Shown piece by piece: positions 57,411 through 64,000 of a DNA stretch of 64,000 nt. Below the pieces are notes generated by a model that searched no databases, had not been told where the DNA came from, and saw nothing but the letters and a program-made list of their open reading frames with translations. Where the stretch lies: assembly GCA_951406725.2 (NCBI GenBank), contig OX597819.1, forward strand, positions 100,440,001 to 100,504,000, in the 5' to 3' direction. Numbering within the stretch: position 1 is the stretch's first letter; every line of letters begins with the position of its first letter. The translations under genes were made by a program, and so were the position numbers. Source of the DNA: Octopus vulgaris (taxonomy: Eukaryota).

Positions 57411-58180
57411 ATACTCTCCCTATTTCAATTATTTGCTAAAATTCAATCAATTGTTCGTGCAACTAATTTCTTTCGTGTTTCAATTCTTCTTTTGTTATTG
57501 ATCAATTGTATCTCAATAAAATGTATTTAATAGACACCATGCAACGAATTCTTTCTAGTCCTAATATCTTTCATGTCTCCTACCCTTTCGGCATTTTATA
57601 CACAACCAGCCAGTAGCATTACCTACGGTTTAAGTTCTTACATTTATGTATTTCAACTTCGATCCAGCAACTCTAAAAATCCAATGCATTTATACACCAA
57701 CATGCACTAATGTTCACGAGTGCAATCTCGAAATGTCTTAATCACTGAATCACGATCTCGCATTCCTAACGGCTTATTGTTCTCCTAATTTAAATGAATA
57801 TAATCAACTATGTACCTCCGGTGATCATTACAGTTTTCAGTTTTTCTAAATCTTACGCAATCATATGCAAGAGACACCAGCTTCTTTCAGTTATAGTTTC
57901 TGTGAAAACAGCGAATTTTACAACCTATTCTTTTTTTTATGAAAAAATGTATTTATATATTTACTTGAAAAGTGCTTTTACTCAAAAGTAACATATTTCG
58001 TATATATCTTTATAGCAGTTACCTTGGCAAATGTTACTACATTTCAAAGTAACTAAAATCAGTTATAGAATGGATTCTTTAGATTATTTGTCTTTCTAAA
58101 AGGCTATTTCAATACATTAAGTATGATATGTATATATAGGTGCATACTATACGTGCATATAGGTGCATATATGTGCATGA

Positions 58181-58481
58181 AGGAGCGTGGCTTAGTGGTT
58201 AGGGCATTCGGCTCACGATTGTAAGGTCGTGAGTTCGATTCCCGGCGACGCGTTGTGTCCTTGAGCAAGACACTTTATTTCACGTTGCTCCAGTCCACTC
58301 AGCTGGCAAAAAATGAGTTGTACCTGTATTTCAAAGGGCCGGCCTTGTCACACCTTGTGTCACGCTGAACCTCCCTGAGAACTACGTTAGGGGTACGCGT
58401 GTCTGTGGATTGCTCAGTCAGTTGCACGTTAATTTCACGAGCAGGCTGTTCCGCTGATCGCATCAGCTGGGACGGAGTGCA
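58181..58481 (+). mobile_element. tRNA-derived SINE, head D with tail X
   Basis: A box TGGCTTAGTGG, B box GAGTTCGATTCC, body GTGTCCTTGAGCAAGACACTT. The tail is shared with 61460-61620. Confidence 0.85.
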
Positions 58482-58976
58482 ACTGTATTTGCATACATAT
58501 ATGCATACATACATGCATACATATATACAGGTATATATGCAAACTGGCATATATCTATATATGTATATGTGTGTGCGCGTGTGTGCGCATGTGCGTAAGT
58601 GAGTGTGTATGTGTTTGTATGTATATACATATTGATAATCAGAATATATATCCAAGCTGTTGCTTTGACAAATTGCTTTATTCTTAATCTTCCCATTTTG
58701 TAGTTATAATAATTGAAAAGTGCAGTATTTCAAAAACTTCTGTTGCATTCTTTAAAATAATGAAGATCAATTTTTAAAACCGCACATAAATACGATATAA
58801 CATTTAGTTTAGATGTTTGAAAATAATTGATAGGTTTTAGTCCTGCTTTATGTCAACTATCCAGTAACGACATGCTGTTTCAGTTATTTGACATGAGCAT
58901 AATAGTTATAAGCTGGCTATTCATTTTTAGCAAACAATACACACATACACTCGCACACATATACACACACAGAGCC

Positions 58977-59038
<62 letters not shown>

Positions 59039-59589
59039 GTAAAAAAAAAATACAAACTAGGACAAGAACGTGAAACATTTAGAAGACGATACAAAAAACA
59101 CGGACGGGACATTCGAAGCCTTCAATCTTCAGTCAAGAACCGGATCATCTTCGCAATTTCGACTGATGATATAAATGTGAGAAAGCTTGAGTTGCATTTG
59201 AAACTTTTTATCTTGGTGGGTCCAAAGTTAGATTTCTAACAAAGATTCTTCATATTAAATTTGTAGCTCACTATTGCAAGTATATGTTTTTAAATATGAA
59301 AATTTTACAAGCATAAGATGTAAACATATATACAGACAAAAAACAAATATACACAATACATATGCGCGTATACATATGTGTATACATATAAAGAATAAGT
59401 GTCCAATGGGAATTCATCGCTATATTTAAATTTATATGTGATTTGACAGTTATGAGTGGTATAAAATGAAAAACATATTTATTTATAATAAAAAAATGGT
59501 GAATATTAAAAAAGCAATAGTGTTTTGAAAGCAAAATATCTGGGATAAGATGTACGTATAGGTAGATTAGTATGATTTTATATATGTTA

Positions 59590-61090
59590 CTTGAAATTCG
59601 AAACTAGGAGACTTTTCATAGATTTGGACTGTCATTTGCTCTTTATGATGGTATGCGTTTGGAGGATTAAATTCATTCTGTGGTCCCTTTTTAGCAGGGA
59701 AATGTTTTGGAGGATGGTTTCGAAGGCTTCATTGTTAAAAGGGTTGTATGGTAGGGCTTTTGGTTGTAAATCCTTCTTTAATTTGGGATGTTTGAGTTCG
59801 TGAATGTTGAGGCGTAGGGTACGTTGAAAGCATATATCAATTTGTGATGGTGCGTAGTTCCTAGTGACGAGCGTATCCTTCAGTTCATGTAGTCGTGTGT
59901 CCTTGGTGCTTGTATTAGAAACTATAGTAGAAATCCTCTTTGCTGGTTTGAAAGGGATATTCATTCTAGCGTGTCTGGGGTGGCATGAGGTGAACGGTAG
60001 ATATTGTTTGGAGTTCGAGGCCTTATAGTATATATCTGTTTTTATTTCGTTGTTGGATTTCTTAATGAGGGTGTCAAGTTGCTGATGGCTATATTCCATC
60101 GGGAATTGAATGCTTACGTCAAGTCCATTTATAAGTGCTTGAATTTCTTTAAGTCTCTCTATACTTCCATGCCAAACAATGAAACTGTCATCCAGGTACC
60201 ACTTCCAGTTATTTTCAATGTAGAGGTAGTAAGGGTTGCCGCATTTTTCTAGTACCTTACGATAAAGACTGATTTCTAGATATCCCATGACTAGGTTAGC
60301 AAAGGAGGGGGCCATTCTCGTACCCATCGCAGTCCCCGATTTTTATCGATAGAAGTTGTATTTGAAGACAAAGTATTTATTCCCAAGATGAATTTTAGCC
60401 CTTCTATTACGAATTATTTTTTGATGCGATGTGAGAGTTCGTTGGCGTGATTCTCTTGCCAGAATTGAATTGCCTCTATTCCTAGGCTGTGTGGATGTTA
60501 GAATAGAGGCTGACTACATCGAAGGATACTAGTAGGGTGTTTTTTGTTTATTGTTTTAGGGAGGTGATTGAGCATATCCAGGTCATCCCTTATGTAGATT
60601 TTGAGATGCTTGAGGAATGATTTAAGAGGGTATCTAAAACGTTTCTGAGGCAGTGGGTTTCATATGTAAGACCTGCTATTATAGGTCTCAATTTGAAGTC
60701 ATTTGGAGTAGGGGCTTTGATTATTATGTCTGTGGCTATCCTGCATGCGTTACGTATTTTCTCACTTTTGTGTATCTTGGGAATATCGTAGAATTGACTG
60801 GATTTACATTTGAAATTGGTCATATAATCGTATTCCTTGTCGATGAGCCCCTTCTCTGTATATGTTTAATATGGATTTTAGGTTCCTCATTAATTTCTGT
60901 TGAATGTATTGCTTGAGATTTTCATAATATGTTGTCTCTTCTAATATAGATAGTACAAAAGTTGTATAGAATACCGTGTTCATTAAGACAACTGCACTCC
61001 TTTTATCAGCCTCTTTGATTGTTATTGTTTTGTCACTTTTTAATTGGTTCAGCTCACGCCATTCTTTTTTTGCTTGTGTATATTTTGATA
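59590..61090 (-). pseudogene. Penelope-like element reverse transcriptase, frameshifted, with no GIY-YIG domain visible
   Basis: In order: IKEADKRSAVVLMN, FYDIPKIHK, LRPIIAG, LVSFDVVSLYSNI, GTAMGTRMAPSFANL.MG, W.WYLDD.F, KTDIYYK..QYL.FTSCHP. These are diagnostic PLE RT and thumb motifs. Confidence 0.9.
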
Positions 61091-61265
61091 TGGGTAATTC
61101 ATGATGTATTCACAGAAATCGTCAAGAGTTTTGTTCTTATCTTTTGAATGGTTGGAGTTACTTCTATTGCAGACTAACGATTTATCCTCGTTGTACTTGT
61201 CGTATAGCTCCTCGGGGAGTCATAATTTCTACAGAATTTCGCGACATATGTATATGTGTGTGTGT

Positions 61266-61644
61266 GGAGGCACAATGGCCCAGTGGTTAGAGTAGTGGAC
61301 TCGCGGTCGTAGGATCGCGATTTCGATTTCGAGACCGGGTGTTTTGAGTCTTTATTGAGCGAAAACACCTAAAGCTTCACGAGGCTCCGACAGCGGGTGG
61401 TGGTGAACCCTGCTGTACTCTTTCACCACAACTTTCTCCTACTCTTTCTTACTGTTTCTGATGTACCTATATTTCAAAGGGCCAACCTTGCCACGCTCTG
61501 TGTCACGCTAAACCTCTCCGAGAACTACGTTAAGGGTACACGTGTCTGTGGAGTGTTCAGCCACTTGTACGTTAATTTCACGAGTAGGCTGTTCCGTTGA
61601 TCGGATCACCTGGATCCCTCGCCGTCGTAAACGAAGGTGTGCCA
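61266..61644 (+). mobile_element. tRNA-derived SINE, head C with tail X, full copy
   Basis: A box TGGCCCAGTGG, B-box-like TTTCGATTTC, body TATTGAGCGAAAACACCTAAAGC, tail ..GTTAATTTCACGAG..GGCTGTTCCGTTGATC. Confidence 0.85.
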
Positions 61645-61646
61645 CG

Positions 61647-61722
<76 letters not shown>

Positions 61723-61942
61723 TAACTAATTAATAAGGGTGAGAGAATTAGATACTAATTTAATAGTATACCTATTCAACACCAAGTGGCCCAGTGCCCG
61801 GAGTGAGCACCGTGCTAGAGTGAGCCACATAGTGACCACTCTCTTATATTTATTTATTTTTATATATATTTAACTATATACATGTATATATACCTATATA
61901 TATATTTATAGATATATAACTATATATATAGATATATATTAC

Positions 61943-62047
<105 letters not shown>

Positions 62048-62124
62048 CAGACAAACACACGGACAGATAGACCATCAGACAGATCGATCGATAGATAGAA
62101 ATAGATAGATAAACAGGCAGAGAG

Positions 62125-62173
<49 letters not shown>

Positions 62174-62967
62174 AATATTGTGAGTGTGTGTGTGTGTGTG
62201 TTTGTTTGTACGAAAGGAGTTTGTTATCTGCACAAAAGAATTATTCACAGATTACAGATCGCAGATAAATCACAATTGCGTTAAATCAATGCAGAAACTA
62301 TAAGAAAAGCAAATATGAAGTGACATTAAATTTATAAATAGCTAAAACATATATTTAGTGTCACATATTTGAGAAAGTAGGAACACATGACAATGTCAAT
62401 ACTATTTGAAATCTTTATCTAAATTTTCTACAGTTGTTTCACTGACTTCAATGTATGCAATCGCTTAGTGATTAATAACAAGTTATATAACATAATTATT
62501 GATAATCAAAAATGATTATAATATAACTTGCTTACTAATAATTAGCAATTATTAATATTGTTAAATAATTTGAATAAATTTAAAAGGTTGTAGCAGTTAC
62601 GTGACATAAATGAATAGATAGATTGAAAGGTAGACAGAAAACACATATGAGTGTCAAAAATATAAAATCAGAGAATCGATATGATCATAAGTTAAAATGT
62701 ACATAAGGTCAGGAGATTATCGAACAACGTAACTCCTGTATACTGACAACCAGAATAACACAAACGTATGCGATATGCATACCTACATACATACATACAT
62801 ACACACATACATACATACATACATACATACATACATACATACATACGTACACATATATCTATGTATGTATAAATGTACGTATGGATAGAAGGATGGTTGT
62901 GCGTATGCATGTATGTATGTATATATATATATATATATTTATATATATCTGTGTGTGTGTGTATTGT

Positions 62968-63236
62968 TAGGCGTGTGGCGTATTGATCAGACTGTAGCAC
63001 TCGTGATCGCTAGATCGTAGGTTCGATTCCCAGGCCGGGCGATGCGTTATATTTTTGAGAAAAAATAAACACTTCATTTGACGTTGGTCCTATCTTATTT
63101 CGAACAGGGTGAAATGTTATTCCATTCACCTAGCCAGAGGTGTGGAGCGCTTTTCGATGGCTAGAACGATGCAAAGCGTATTGTGACCAACATGTGTAAC
63201 ATCCGATAATCTAATCGGTCACGTGATCACGTGATA
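62968..63236 (+). mobile_element. tRNA-derived SINE, head D-like with tail Y, decayed
   Basis: GGTTCGATTCCC B box, body similar to 58250-58290, tail ending GGTCACGTGATCACGTGATA. Confidence 0.7.
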
Positions 63237-63344
63237 TATTGTTATATTTGGGATTGGTCATTTATCTTCGCAAATTAACCACACACACTATATACTCATT
63301 CTTCCCTTCGGCTTCATTATTATTATTATTCGTTTAGAGTTCTT

Positions 63345-63389
63345 TGTCTGAATTCTTTCGTCACACATCCTGTGACTTCTTCAATGACA
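63345..63389 (-). ncRNA. Decayed hammerhead-like motif
   Basis: tgtca-TTGAAGA-a gtcac aggatgt gtgac-GAAA GAAT TC-agaca. The flank at 63290-63322 recurs at 63950-63982. Confidence 0.45.
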
Positions 63390-63471
63390 CTCCATCCCAA
63401 ATGCCTCCTCTTGTTGTGTATGTATGTATGATGTATGTATACATACATACACACACACACACATACACACA

Positions 63472-63559
<88 letters not shown>

Positions 63560-64000
63560 GAATTAAAAAAAAAACGTGGTAAAAACACAGCATGAAAAAA
63601 CAACAGCGATAATATTATATATATACAACAATATATGTATATATACATAAGTAGGCTATGCAGAATTTAAACCAAACACATTAACCATACTCATGTCAAC
63701 CGTGAGAGAATGTCCTGTAGATCAATCAAGAAAAATGTGAGAAAGAAACATAAATAAACTTATTGAGACAGGAAAATCAAAAGAATATTGGTGAGATTTA
63801 AGAATGAATAAAAACAGAAAACAAATTAATACATAAGTGATGTGATATTACGTTAATGTATTTGTTTTGTAAGATTCCTGATAAGAAATCGCGTGTTGAA
63901 ACACATATTGTTATACTTAGGGATGTCATTGTGTTTCTTTTTTTCCAAATAAACACTCGTTCTTCACTTCGGCTTCATTATTGCTCTCATTTTAGTGTTC

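Overview
This is AT-rich animal genomic DNA, very dense in microsatellites, with no supportable host protein-coding gene. Its repeat content suggests an octopus-like cephalopod, which is an inference. Nearly all ORFs in the track are translations of (TA)n, (CA)n, (TAG)n or (TCTA)n tracts. The recognisable content is transposon debris: several tRNA-derived SINE families, decayed mariner and maT DNA transposons, a hAT MITE, Helitron-type elements, two fragments of R4/Dong-like restriction-endonuclease LINEs, and a frameshifted Penelope-like (PLE) reverse transcriptase at about 59.6-61.1 kb. The main hidden structure is about 20 intact or decayed minimal type-I hammerhead ribozyme (HHR) motifs, read by eye. 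They lie in many unrelated short non-coding elements, mostly inserted in (TA)n tracts and often with fold-back inverted arms. Three unrelated families carry the compensatory U3:A8 core pair. Most motifs have a palindromic stem III that differs between families and would allow dimer formation. One family joins a tRNA-type Pol III head to an HHR-containing tail. Together this suggests a diverse set of non-autonomous, PLE-mobilised, TA-targeting ribozyme retroelements. All folds were assigned manually and none has been computed or tested.
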